From Limisphaerales bacterium (GTDB lineage Bacteria; Verrucomicrobiota; Verrucomicrobiia; Limisphaerales; SIBE01), in contig JBGAIN010000018.1 in the NCBI GenBank assembly GCA_044225505.1, positions 5,353 to 69,352 on the forward strand: DNA of 64,000 nucleotides, written 5' to 3'. The position numbers and the translations under genes are program-made. How positions within the stretch are numbered: the stretch's first letter is position 1; every line of letters starts with the position of its first letter. A model generated the notes under the pieces. That model searched no databases, was not told the DNA's origin, and worked only from the letters and a program-made list of their open reading frames with translations. Below are positions 49,163-58,489 of this stretch, in pieces.

Positions 49163-51211
49163 TTAGTCCAACTTTGCGGGCGCAGATCCACTGCTGACGT
49201 TCGCCGCCTCACTGCGGACCCGATAGAACTTCATCGAGGCACTAGAGGCACTTTCATCTTTGAGCTCGTCGACATTCGAAAAACTTCCAACTTCCACCCA
49301 GTTTCTCAGATCTTGCGACGCTTCCAGGTGATGAATCCAGAGCCCGCCTTGCATATTGTTCGGCAGAAGATGAGCGAATTGAACGGATTGTGCGGTGCCA
49401 GTTTCGGCGGACCAACGCAGCGTGTGAAGTCCAGTCACTCTCACATTTGCTCCCGCCGTCTTCGAGCCTTTACCCGCAACGATGAGGCTGAACGATTTTG
49501 CATCGGACATAGACGGAACTCCATTGTCCGAAACGCTCACCGTAATCAAGTTCGTCGACGAAGGATCCGCCTTGCTCAACCGCCAAGTAAGAACGCCAGT
49601 GGTCGAGTCCAGCGACATACCAGAGGGGGCCGACACCAGCCGATAGGTAAGTTTGTTCGCGGGCAAGTCCGAATCGGTTGCGGTTAGAGCAAACATGAAG
49701 ACTTGTCCGGCGCTAATCCGCTGTTCCCCGATAGGCGTCAACACTGGCGCACGGTTGGCCTCGCCCACGACCACCGTGAAAGTCGCTGTCGCCGAGAGCG
49801 CTGGAGTGCCGTTGTCGCTGACTCGCACCGTAACCACGTTCGTACTGAGCCCTTGGAGTTCCGTCGGCACCCAGGTCAACGTCCCGCGGATCGTGTCTAC
49901 GGTCATACCGGCCGGACCGGAGACAAGCGAGTAAGCCAGCACATTCGCGGGGAGATCTGCGTCGGTTGCCGTGAGATTGACCAACAGCGTGCTTCCTTCG
50001 GTTACAAATTGGTTGCTGACGGCCGCCAGCACGGGTGCCGAGTTCACATCTTTGACCGTGACAACAAATGTCTTGGTGGCAGTCAGTGCTGGACTTCCGG
50101 TGTCAGAGACCTGCACGGTGACAAGCGCTGAGCTCGGGCCCTGGGCTTCGGTCGGAGTCCAGCTGAACACCCCGGTCGCAGAGTTCACACTCGAACCTTG
50201 AGGCCCGCTCACCAGCGAGTAGATCAGCCCAGTCGCTGATTCTGCGTCAGTTGCGGTCAATTGGACGGTAAGCGCGGTTCCTTCCGAAATCTGCTGGTCA
50301 GCAATCGTTGCGAGGACAGGAGCGGTATTCAATTTCCTCACCCCTATGTTGAAACTGGTTTGCGCGGTCAAGGGCGGTTGTTGATTGTCGCTGACTTGCA
50401 CCGTTGCAGTCGTAACTGCGATGTTCATGCTACCAACAGCCGGTTTCCAGGAAAACATACCCGTCGCGGCATCCACTGCGGCACCCGCGGGTCCACTCAC
50501 CAAGGTGTAGGTCAAATTGTTTGCAGGGAGATCAAGATCATTGCCGATCAACTTGACGGACAAAGTGTTCCCTTCAGCCACAGTCTGGTCCGCGACTGCG
50601 GCCAGTGTCGGCGGGGTGTTCGCCTCCGTGACCGAAACGACAAACGTGGTGATTGCCACCGATGAAGCTATCGAACTGTCGTTCACCTGTACTGAAATCG
50701 TGTAGCTGCCTGGACCTTGCGCTTCCGTTGGAGTCCAGGAAAAGACGCCGGATGCAGGATTCAAGGCCGCCCCCGCAGGACCGCTCACTAGAGCGAAGGT
50801 CAGTGTCTTGGTCGGATCCGGGCTCGCGACCATCAATCCGAAGGAGAGCGGATTGCCTTCTTGGACTGTTTGAGTCGAAACGGGAACAAACGAGATTCCG
50901 GTCGAAGGAACTGTGTAGGTTAAAAGGTTAGAGGGCTGACTTTCAGTCCCGGACGTAGAAACGGTCGTGGCGAATGCGAAGTAGCTCTTTCCGGCGACGA
51001 GGTCGAGGGTGCTAGTCGTGCCCGCGGAGGCGACTCGATTTGTAGCTCCGCGACCCACTTCGCCGTAATACAGAGCATAGTAACTAATATCAGAATCCGA
51101 ACTCTGATCCCAAGCAACTGCTACACTCTGCCCGGCCCGAACAGCAGAGAGGCCCACGCATAAACACAACAATACCAGCAGTAACGACAGATTCGTGGAA
51201 ACGCTCTTCAT
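49163..51211 (-). CDS. Secreted adhesin-like protein: FN3-like domain + five cadherin-like/Ig repeats + C-terminal FYR-type domain
   Basis: Signal peptide; five ~95-aa repeats N.APVL...Q.V.EG..L...ATD...L.YSLVSGP.G.....TG..SW.P; tail LEASQDLRNW...KD...KFYRVR. Confidence 0.85.
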   Translation of the reverse strand: MKSVSTNLSLLLVLLCLCVGLSAVRAGQSVAVAWDQSSDSDISYYALYYGEVGRGATNRVASAGTTSTLDLVAGKSYFAFATTVSTSGTESQPSNLLTYTVPSTGISFVPVSTQTVQEGNPLSFGLMVASPDPTKTLTFALVSGPAGAALNPASGVFSWTPTEAQGPGSYTISVQVNDSSIASSVAITTFVVSVTEANTPPTLAAVADQTVAEGNTLSVKLIGNDLDLPANNLTYTLVSGPAGAAVDAATGMFSWKPAVGSMNIAVTTATVQVSDNQQPPLTAQTSFNIGVRKLNTAPVLATIADQQISEGTALTVQLTATDAESATGLIYSLVSGPQGSSVNSATGVFSWTPTEAQGPSSALVTVQVSDTGSPALTATKTFVVTVKDVNSAPVLAAVSNQFVTEGSTLLVNLTATDADLPANVLAYSLVSGPAGMTVDTIRGTLTWVPTELQGLSTNVVTVRVSDNGTPALSATATFTVVVGEANRAPVLTPIGEQRISAGQVFMFALTATDSDLPANKLTYRLVSAPSGMSLDSTTGVLTWRLSKADPSSTNLITVSVSDNGVPSMSDAKSFSLIVAGKGSKTAGANVRVTGLHTLRWSAETGTAQSVQFAHLLPNNMQGGLWIHHLEASQDLRNWVEVGSFSNVDELKDESASSASMKFYRVRSEAANVSSGSAPAKLD

Positions 51212-51485
51212 GCTGGACTAGGTAGCACCGCATGTACCACGGGTCGCAAGGTTGATAATCCTCGCCCATGTTCAACCACTCGCAGCATGCAGCTGGGTAA
51301 TGCTGTCCCACTCCATCCCTGTCTCTACCCTAAGTGTCCTGCCGGTATACACACCGCAGCAGTGGCGTCTAGCTCCGGTGCGTACCACCGACTCCAAACT
51401 CGGCCAAAAATCTGTCATTAGTCGCGGACACTGGATAAATTCCTATCAGCAGCAATTGCAAACAGACTTCCATGTCTACGAACCC

Positions 51486-52388
51486 ATGCGAAAACTTCGC
51501 TTCCTAGCTCTTGCATTCGCCGGATTGTGGGTGACCGCCACCTTACTGTGTTGCGGCTGTGGCCGATTCATTCCCAGTCAAACAGCGAACGCAAACGGGC
51601 CGACGAAGCAGTCTGTGGATGTCGCGGGAAGAAGTTTCTCGAGGGCGATCCTCCTCAAACCGGAGCGAATCGGCGGTGACATGACCGATGAATTGGCGCC
51701 CCTTTTTATCGTCGAGCAACCCACAAATGCCGTTCCAATTCCACGACCGCAGTTCCGAAAAGATCCAATCACTAATGCCGCGCGCGAGCCGTTCACGCCG
51801 CACGTCCTTCAGTTCGTAAGAACCGTGGACATCAATGGCCGTCAGTATTTCCAATGTAGTTACCTCTGGTCTGGAATCGAGTCAGAAAGCTCAAGGCACG
51901 CGCCGCTCCAATGCGTCCGAATGACACTAAACAAGGCAGGATTCCCCGTCGTATGGGAAGTCTTGTCGGAATCCGTCCGACAAAAAGTTTTCTTTGTCGC
52001 CGAGTCACTGGAACAGGCCGCGAATCGAGAGTACGGAGCGCCGCTCTCCGGTCGCCAATTCTCGATCGAGAGAAGTATTCAGGAATCACCCGACACGATT
52101 GTTGTTAAAACCTTGTCTGATGGTCCAATCCCGATGGGCCCATTCGTGTATCTGGAAGCCCAGTCAAAAATGGTAACCACAATTTTGTGTCGCTGCATGC
52201 CCGCACAAGTGGAAGAGATTTCAGAAACTCGGACCTATCCAATGCAAAGTCTTAGCGGTGAAAACTCACGCGAATTAGCAACCGTATTGGCAGTGATGGG
52301 CTACGACGGGCGCTGGGCACGATTCGTCAAACGACTGGTGCAGGCAGATTCCTTTCTTGGTTGTTTGCGATTCCCACATGACTTTTAG
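51486..52388 (+). CDS. Hypothetical exported protein / putative lipoprotein
   Basis: From ATG 51486: MRKLRFLALAFAGLWVTATLLCCGC (lipobox-like); no family recognised. Confidence 0.6.
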   Translation: MRKLRFLALAFAGLWVTATLLCCGCGRFIPSQTANANGPTKQSVDVAGRSFSRAILLKPERIGGDMTDELAPLFIVEQPTNAVPIPRPQFRKDPITNAAREPFTPHVLQFVRTVDINGRQYFQCSYLWSGIESESSRHAPLQCVRMTLNKAGFPVVWEVLSESVRQKVFFVAESLEQAANREYGAPLSGRQFSIERSIQESPDTIVVKTLSDGPIPMGPFVYLEAQSKMVTTILCRCMPAQVEEISETRTYPMQSLSGENSRELATVLAVMGYDGRWARFVKRLVQADSFLGCLRFPHDF

Positions 52389-52592
52389 GAATCACGAAGC
52401 TGATCTTATCGACACCCGACGTCGCATCAATGTCGAGAAGTTGCTTAATCGCGGCCTTAAGCCATTGGTTTCCCACGGTCTACTTTTCAGAGGGATCCCC
52501 TATAGAACTCGGGGCCGAGGCAGCTTAGCCTGGGATTAGTTACGAGAACGCTCCACGGCTGAGAAAAAGGAGAACGCGGGGGGCGTAAGGGT

Positions 52593-52624
52593 GACAACAG
52601 CTCCGAGTTTTCGGAGCTGTTGTC
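52593..52624. promoter_or_regulatory. Perfect 14-bp inverted repeat (terminator or protein-binding site)
   Basis: GACAACAGCTCCGA-gttt-TCGGAGCTGTTGTC. Confidence 0.55.
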
Positions 52625-52672
52625 GTTATTGTCGCCTGCTCTCCCCCAACCGACCATCACGGCTGCCATCGC

Positions 52673-52689
52673 TTGGCACGGAAGCCGCT
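52673..52689 (+). promoter_or_regulatory. Candidate sigma54 promoter
   Basis: TTGGCACGGAAGCCGCT: perfect -24 box TTGGCACG, GC at -12 with correct spacing, TT replaced by CC. Confidence 0.45.
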
Positions 52690-52701
52690 CCCGACTCGCC
52701 T

Positions 52702-52878
52702 ATGGCATATAATTTGAGCAAACCCGATCTCATGAAGCTCAAAAACCGGCTTCGACGTGTACGAATCGCCTCCTGGTCCGCCATTGAGCAAGGCGATTGT
52801 CACGCCGTTGCACGGTTGACGTGTGAAGCTGTTCGTCTGCAAGAAGCTATTCACACGGTAGAGCTGCGCGCGGCTTAA
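52702..52878 (+). CDS. Small helical hypothetical protein (58 aa from ATG 52702, or 48 aa from ATG 52732)
   Basis: MKLKNRLRRVRIASWSAIEQGDCHAVARLTCEAVRLQEAI reads as an amphipathic helical hairpin and sits right after the promoter candidate. Confidence 0.55.
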   Translation: MAYNLSKPDLMKLKNRLRRVRIASWSAIEQGDCHAVARLTCEAVRLQEAIHTVELRAA

Positions 52879-52905
52879 GCCAGGTGGAACGACGGGCTTT
52901 GTGCC

Positions 52906-53102
52906 CTAAACCGTTGACCACTAGCTCCGCGTCGGGACCATCAACGGTTTAGCCGGGTGTTCGCGGCGAAGTTGACTACGTCAGTGTCGAACCGACTTTC
53001 TGTCCCGCGGGTTCGTTTAGCTTCCCTGGGGACAGGGTGCTTCTTACGGCTCCTGAGAAGCACGCGCCCTCAGCTTGCGAGACGTGATCCAAGCTGGGGG
53101 CG
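52906..53102. ncRNA. Candidate structured RNA element (four consecutive stem-loops)
   Basis: Stems 52906-17/52941-52 (12 bp), 53000-06/53029-35 (7 bp), 53037-44/53056-63 (8 bp), 53065-77/53090-102 (13 bp with one G-U). No family recognised. Confidence 0.35.
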
Positions 53103-53215
53103 TTCTAGTTTCAGCTAACGGTCTGTCCCGCCTTGGGGCAAGATTTTCCATGGTTGCCGGGCAAGCCAACAAGCTAAATCCCACGATGGAACATAGTTGC
53201 GGTCCGGAATTCGTC

Positions 53216-53713
53216 CTATCTCAGCAGCCGGCGATAGACCGGTTGCGGAACATATTTCCTGACCACTTCCTGCCAGCCTTGAGGTCCCACCAGATTCTTT
53301 ACCATGCTTGAGCTCACCTCAGCGATATCGCGCGGGGGCATGAGGAAGACCGTGCAGATCTTACCGTCGAGATCGCCATTGATGTAGCGCATGGTCCGCT
53401 CATATTCGGAATCGCTTTCCGAACGAATTCCACGGAGCACATGCGTCGCCCCAAGCGACTGTGCAAAATCAATCAGGTAACGGTTAGAGAACGAAACGAC
53501 CGAGACATTGTGAAATTTCTTCAACGACTCGCGGAGCATCGCTAAACGCTCCTCCAGGCTGAATGTGTAGCGCTTCTCAAGGTTTGTCCCGATCGCGACG
53601 ACCAAGCGATCAAACAATAAAACTCCTTGGTCGATCATCCAAAGATGACCCACAGTCAGCGGGTCGAAACTCCCCGCATAAACTCCCATTCTTTGCGGCC
53701 GGTTTGGGCGCAT
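53216..53713 (-). CDS. coaD: Phosphopantetheine adenylyltransferase
   Basis: GVYAGSFDPLTVGH, LRGIRSESD, VSSSMVK; start may be ATG 53692. Confidence 0.95.
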   Translation of the reverse strand: MRPNRPQRMGVYAGSFDPLTVGHLWMIDQGVLLFDRLVVAIGTNLEKRYTFSLEERLAMLRESLKKFHNVSVVSFSNRYLIDFAQSLGATHVLRGIRSESDSEYERTMRYINGDLDGKICTVFLMPPRDIAEVSSSMVKNLVGPQGWQEVVRKYVPQPVYRRLLR

Positions 53714-54007
53714 CTCTTGACGGTAGCAACCCTGCGCGTTTTGTCAGCAGCGAAGCCGCTTAAGCGAATCTGCCAAACGCCAGTGTTCTGATTCCCCGCT
53801 CGCTTGACTTGAATCCGCCGGTGGAGTGAGCGATGGTAAGTCGCACAAGGTACGAATGGGAGTCCGCGGATCCCCGTCGTCTGAGTACGGGGGGCTAGGA
53901 TTCATCTTTCAAGGGAACGCCGGTCCAGTAAAACTGTGCGTGTGGGTATGAGTTCGGGCGACTCAGACGTGACTCGGCTCAAACGTCCGCAGTGCGACGC
54001 AGGAAAT

Positions 54008-54316
54008 ATGAAAAAGCTATTCTCTTCCCCGGACAGTGCGGAGGTGGACCTTCTAAAGAATATTCTGGCGGATGCCGGAGTGGTCTGCGAAGTCCGAAAC
54101 GGCGCCCTGGCGCAAATCGTCCCGGCGCCACCCTTTTATGAGGAGCTTTGGGTTTCCGAAGAGAGCTTTGCGAAAGCTGCCGAAATCGTGGCTGGTTGGG
54201 AACGCCCTGCTGCGGCCCCCGCGTCGGGTTGGACATGCGCGCAATGCAGCGAAATCGTAGGCGGCGAGTTTACTTCTTGCTGGAAGTGCGGGACACAACG
54301 TCCCCAGATGGTATGA
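54008..54316 (+). CDS. DUF2007-like protein with C-terminal zinc ribbon
   Basis: AGGAAA RBS then MKKLFSSPDSAEVDLLKNILADAGV; C-terminal WTCAQC...CWKCG. Confidence 0.8.
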   Translation: MKKLFSSPDSAEVDLLKNILADAGVVCEVRNGALAQIVPAPPFYEELWVSEESFAKAAEIVAGWERPAAAPASGWTCAQCSEIVGGEFTSCWKCGTQRPQMV

Positions 54317-54345
54317 TGCGATGTCCTGAGGCCGGGAAGAGCCGA

Positions 54346-54831
54346 TCAGTCCCGAAAATTCTGAAAGCTTAGCGTGACAGGAAAATCCTGGCCTCGGACT
54401 GTGCCCATGACCGCTTGGAGATCGTCTTTGCTCTTGCCCGTGACCCGAATCTGATCGCCCAGGATTTGTGTGGTCACCTTGAGCTTCGTGTCGCGAATAA
54501 ATGCCGTCACCTGTTTTGCCACCGGCCCCTCGATGCCCTGTTTGATCTTAATAATCTGTCTCGCATGTCCTAGAGGCGAGATGTCCGGATCTCCCTTATC
54601 GACGTTCTTGAGGCTGACCTGACGTTTGGCGAGTTTTCCGATGACGATCTCCTCGAGAGCCTTGATCTTGAACTGATCTTCGGCCGACAGCGTGATCTGA
54701 TCCTTCTCGAGCGTAATCTCTGCTTTCGACCCTTTGAAGTCGAAGCGGTTCGCCAATTCCTTCTTGGCTTGATTCACGGCATTCTCAATTTCCATGGAAT
54801 TGACCTGAGAAACAATATCGAACGACGGCAT
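54346..54831 (-). CDS. yajQ: YajQ family nucleotide/c-di-GMP-binding protein
   Basis: MPSFDIVS, ELANRFDFKGS, IQG-like QILGDQIRVTGKSKDDLQ, FQNFRD. Confidence 0.95.
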   Translation of the reverse strand: MPSFDIVSQVNSMEIENAVNQAKKELANRFDFKGSKAEITLEKDQITLSAEDQFKIKALEEIVIGKLAKRQVSLKNVDKGDPDISPLGHARQIIKIKQGIEGPVAKQVTAFIRDTKLKVTTQILGDQIRVTGKSKDDLQAVMGTVRGQDFPVTLSFQNFRD

Positions 54832-54947
54832 GCGCAGAGCCTATCGAGACTCGGCTGAAATGGAAATAGCCAAAATGCCCTCGCTTGCGAATCGACACCC
54901 GCTGCAAAATCGCTAAGCTCCTTGCCACTCGTCGGTTCCAAGAAGCG

Positions 54948-57308
54948 ATGCGCAGGCAGATTCTCAGCCGATTGGTCCTGGTTCTTACCGCTGGTGCCGC
55001 GGTAATGTTATGGCTACTTCACGGAACCCAGCAGACTCAGCTTCGGCCCCCAGCCGAGCCGCCTCTCTCCCCCACCCTCGTCCGCGCGGAACCGGAGGAA
55101 GCCCCACTCCAACAAGCGCGCGAGCTCGAAAAAAAGGCTAGAGACTTGGACCAATCCATCTGGGCCAAGGAGGTCCTGGCCATACAGCACGAAGCCGTCT
55201 TTGCCAAGCTTTGGGATGATCTCAGGACCAATACGAATCACCTCGAAGTGCTAAGCCAATTCTCGTTTGGCGAACTGGTTCTGACTGACGGTTGGGAACC
55301 GACGCTGACAGAACCTTTCTTTGCCGTGGCGCAAGCCGTTGGCGCGCCCCGCCGATTCACGGCTCAGGAGTGGCGCATGTGGATCAAGAACTGGCTTGAC
55401 GAAGGATTTCGGCTCGACCAATTCGAGATTCGCCACGTCGCTTTTGACGCGAACGTCGACGGAACCGTCCGATCAAAGTTCACCATGCGCGCGGATGTGG
55501 TTCACGTCCAGAACCCCGAGCGCTATGTCTTTCGCGGCGAACTCACCGTCGATTGGAAAGAATCGGCGACGCCGACTATTCCTCCGTTGCCTGAACTCAT
55601 TCGATTCACCCGGTTGGAGCGTATGACAACACAGAAGGCTCCAACTTTTGAACCAAGCTTCACCTATGAAATCCCTAGCCTGTCATCTGCGACGCTCCTC
55701 GGACCGCTAATTGTGTATGACCTCAATGGGGACGGCTTATCAGACATCGTGCTGGTCGACCAGAACCTTGCTCTCCGCAACCAAGGAAATGGTGATTTTC
55801 AGCCGACGCCGCTCTGCACGGAACCCTCTCCGGCGCTAAAGACAGGTGTCCTCGCGGATTTCACAGGCGACGGGGCGGTAGACCTCCTGGGGGCGGATGT
55901 GGACGGATTGCTCCTTTGGACAGGCGACTCGGCGGGGCGCTTTACGACCCCAAGTCAACGGATTCATTTCACCGTTGCTGGTGTTGCCAATCCGTCCGTC
56001 TTGACGGTCGGTGACGTCGATGGAGATGGCGATCTGGATGTCTGGCTAGGCCAAGACAAGCCCCCTTACCAATCTGGGCAGATGCCGACGCCTTATTACG
56101 ACGCTAACGATGGGTTTCCCTCGTTTCTCCTGCTTAACGACGGCCACGGTGATTTCACAGATGGGACAGCCGAGGCAAACCTGGCCGCCAAGCGATTCAG
56201 GCGTGCCCATAGTGGATCACTTGTTGACGTGGATAACGACGGCGATTTAGACCTACTGGTCGTCAGCGACTTTGCCGGGGTTGATCTCTATTACAACGAT
56301 GGACGCGGACACTTCGCCGACGGAGCTCGCACGCTTGGCGAAACTCATCTGTTTGGGATGTCTCATACGTTCGGCGACTACGATGGGGATGGCACGCTCG
56401 ATTTTCTCGTTCTAGGAAAACACTTTTACGCCGCCGAGAGGTTGGACCGCCTAGGCTTGGGTCGCGAAGAGTTTTCCGAGCACCAAGCTATGCGATCGCG
56501 CATGGGCGCGGGCAATCGCCTCTACGGGAAGCTGGATGAGAATTGGCAATCGTTACGCCTTGGGGAAACCATTGTGAACTCGGGTTGGTCTTGGGGGGCG
56601 ACCAGCTTTGACTTTGATAACGACGGGGATCTGGATGTCTACGTTGCTAACGGAAACCAAAGCCGAGCGCTCAGCCTGGATTACGAAAGTCAATTTTGGC
56701 GTCATGACATTTATCTTGGAACTTCCAGCCCGAACCGAGGCTTGGACGAGTACTTCCGGACTTCATTGAGCCAAGTTGAACGAGAAGGTCTATCGTTCGG
56801 CGGATATCAAAAAAATTGCCTCTTTCTTAACCTGGGATGGCAATCATTTCGGGAGATTGGCTTTCTGGCAGGCGTTGCGCTGGAACGAGACTGCCGCAAC
56901 GTCGTCAGTGAAGACGTGGACCATGACGGACGCATGGATCTGATCGTCATCGATACCGTCCTCGGACCACAGAATCGTCAAACGTTGCATGTCCTTTTGA
57001 ATCGATGGCCTTCGTCCAACCGCTGGATCGGCTTTAATTTTCGGGAAACCCGCCCGGGCTATGCCCCAGTGGGAACCAGAGTCACTCTCCAAACCGTCAG
57101 CGGTCGACAAATTCGACACATCGTCACCGGTGATTCGTATCGCTCTCAACATGCGAACACGGCTCATTTTGGTCTTGGAGATGCGGAAAAAATCCTCAAC
57201 GTCCAGATTCGCTGGCCGAACGGGCAGGTCGAAGAGCTGAGCCATCCAGGCCTTAACCGTTACCTAACCGTGCTACCGAGCACGCCGACCGCGCCTCCGA
57301 ATCCCTAA
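54948..57308 (+). CDS. CRTAC1-family protein: FG-GAP repeats + ASPIC/UnbV domain
   Basis: N-terminal TM; repeated DxDGDGDLD motifs; GWSWGATSFDFDNDGDLD; C-terminal GDSYRSQ..AHFGLG...IRWPNG. Start at ATG 54948. Confidence 0.88.
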   Translation: MRRQILSRLVLVLTAGAAVMLWLLHGTQQTQLRPPAEPPLSPTLVRAEPEEAPLQQARELEKKARDLDQSIWAKEVLAIQHEAVFAKLWDDLRTNTNHLEVLSQFSFGELVLTDGWEPTLTEPFFAVAQAVGAPRRFTAQEWRMWIKNWLDEGFRLDQFEIRHVAFDANVDGTVRSKFTMRADVVHVQNPERYVFRGELTVDWKESATPTIPPLPELIRFTRLERMTTQKAPTFEPSFTYEIPSLSSATLLGPLIVYDLNGDGLSDIVLVDQNLALRNQGNGDFQPTPLCTEPSPALKTGVLADFTGDGAVDLLGADVDGLLLWTGDSAGRFTTPSQRIHFTVAGVANPSVLTVGDVDGDGDLDVWLGQDKPPYQSGQMPTPYYDANDGFPSFLLLNDGHGDFTDGTAEANLAAKRFRRAHSGSLVDVDNDGDLDLLVVSDFAGVDLYYNDGRGHFADGARTLGETHLFGMSHTFGDYDGDGTLDFLVLGKHFYAAERLDRLGLGREEFSEHQAMRSRMGAGNRLYGKLDENWQSLRLGETIVNSGWSWGATSFDFDNDGDLDVYVANGNQSRALSLDYESQFWRHDIYLGTSSPNRGLDEYFRTSLSQVEREGLSFGGYQKNCLFLNLGWQSFREIGFLAGVALERDCRNVVSEDVDHDGRMDLIVIDTVLGPQNRQTLHVLLNRWPSSNRWIGFNFRETRPGYAPVGTRVTLQTVSGRQIRHIVTGDSYRSQHANTAHFGLGDAEKILNVQIRWPNGQVEELSHPGLNRYLTVLPSTPTAPPNP

Positions 57309-58220
57309 TTACTTGCGGGTACAACGCTCTTGCATCCAGAGAACATCGGGATTGCTGGGCGACGGCACATTGAGCGGTAAATCTGTCTTTCCTAACTTCG
57401 GCATCGTCCGATTGTCTCGCCACTTCTTGATTTCAGAATGACCGTCAGCAAAAGAGAAGCCGCCGGCCTTGTTGTGATAACTGGCCGGATAGTCGACGAT
57501 CCTAAAGGCGTTCGGCTTGTCAGCATACCCGGCCATATCGGTCACGAAATAGCCGTCATTGATGCTGTCTTCCCGTTCGTCCAGAAAGACCCATGTCGAT
57601 CCTGGCCCGGGATCGTTCATCGCGCCTTGTTTTAGGTAAACCATCCATCCACTGCCGCTTTTAGGCCGCCAGGATCCTGACGCATCCCAGCCAGGCCCTC
57701 CTACCCAGCAGCTCATGGACATACTGCGAATGCGCGGCACCGTCTGCTTTTGTCGAGTGACCGCAGTACTCTTGTCTGCGGGACAGTGCCAGATCCCCAT
57801 ACTCCCCCCGCCATACGGCCAGAGCGGGCTCGTTTTATTATACTTCTCTGCATTCCAGTTGTTTTCGTCGGACTTGTTGTTGAGGGTAAGCCAATTTCCT
57901 CCGGTCCAGTTCGGCAGAGCATTGCCAAAGAATGGGCCGGCGCCTGGACCCGCCGGATAACCTGGCGGCGTCCAATTGGCTGCCCCCACCAAATTATCGT
58001 TGTTGTCATCCGAATATAACCTCCAAGCCAGAGTCAGCTGCTTGTGATTGTTCATACACATGATGCCTTGGGCCTTCGTTTTCGACTTGGCCAAAGCCGG
58101 CAGAAGCATTCCCGCGAGAATGGCGATGATGGCGATCACCACAAGCAACTCGATCAAAGTGAAACCCGCGCCAGAATATGACTCGGAAGGAGCGCGGCCT
58201 CTAGGTACGAAGTAACGCAT
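57309..58220 (-). CDS. Prepilin-type N-terminal cleavage/methylation protein with H-X9-DG C-terminal motif
   Basis: [25 protein letters not shown]; [12 protein letters not shown]. Confidence 0.92.
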   Translation of the reverse strand: MRYFVPRGRAPSESYSGAGFTLIELLVVIAIIAILAGMLLPALAKSKTKAQGIMCMNNHKQLTLAWRLYSDDNNDNLVGAANWTPPGYPAGPGAGPFFGNALPNWTGGNWLTLNNKSDENNWNAEKYNKTSPLWPYGGGSMGIWHCPADKSTAVTRQKQTVPRIRSMSMSCWVGGPGWDASGSWRPKSGSGWMVYLKQGAMNDPGPGSTWVFLDEREDSINDGYFVTDMAGYADKPNAFRIVDYPASYHNKAGGFSFADGHSEIKKWRDNRTMPKLGKTDLPLNVPSPSNPDVLWMQERCTRK

Positions 58221-58489
58221 AAGAGTCCTTTGTTAGGTCTACGGGTTGAGAATGCTCGTTCTTAGCAGGACACAACGCTAATTTCAACTGTGCGTCTGCG
58301 TGCACACTTGCCCTCTTGCACCGTGAGACTCCAGTTCACATAATCGCCCGAGGACGCGCGGTTTCCTCCCCGTTCTCCCAATCACGCTCCTTCTGGACTG
58401 GGATACTCCTTATCGCCGTGTCGCATCCCCTCGAAAAAAGAAGCGTTCAACGTCTAAGGCCCTTTGCGGAGCCGTCGCCGTGACGCTGA

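Noticed and set aside
52888-52960. c-di-GMP-I (GEMM) riboswitch suggested by GGCTAAACC...GGCACAAAGCC on the minus strand
   Set aside because: No GNRA-capped P2, the stem is fully paired rather than a receptor, and the position is downstream of convergent genes.
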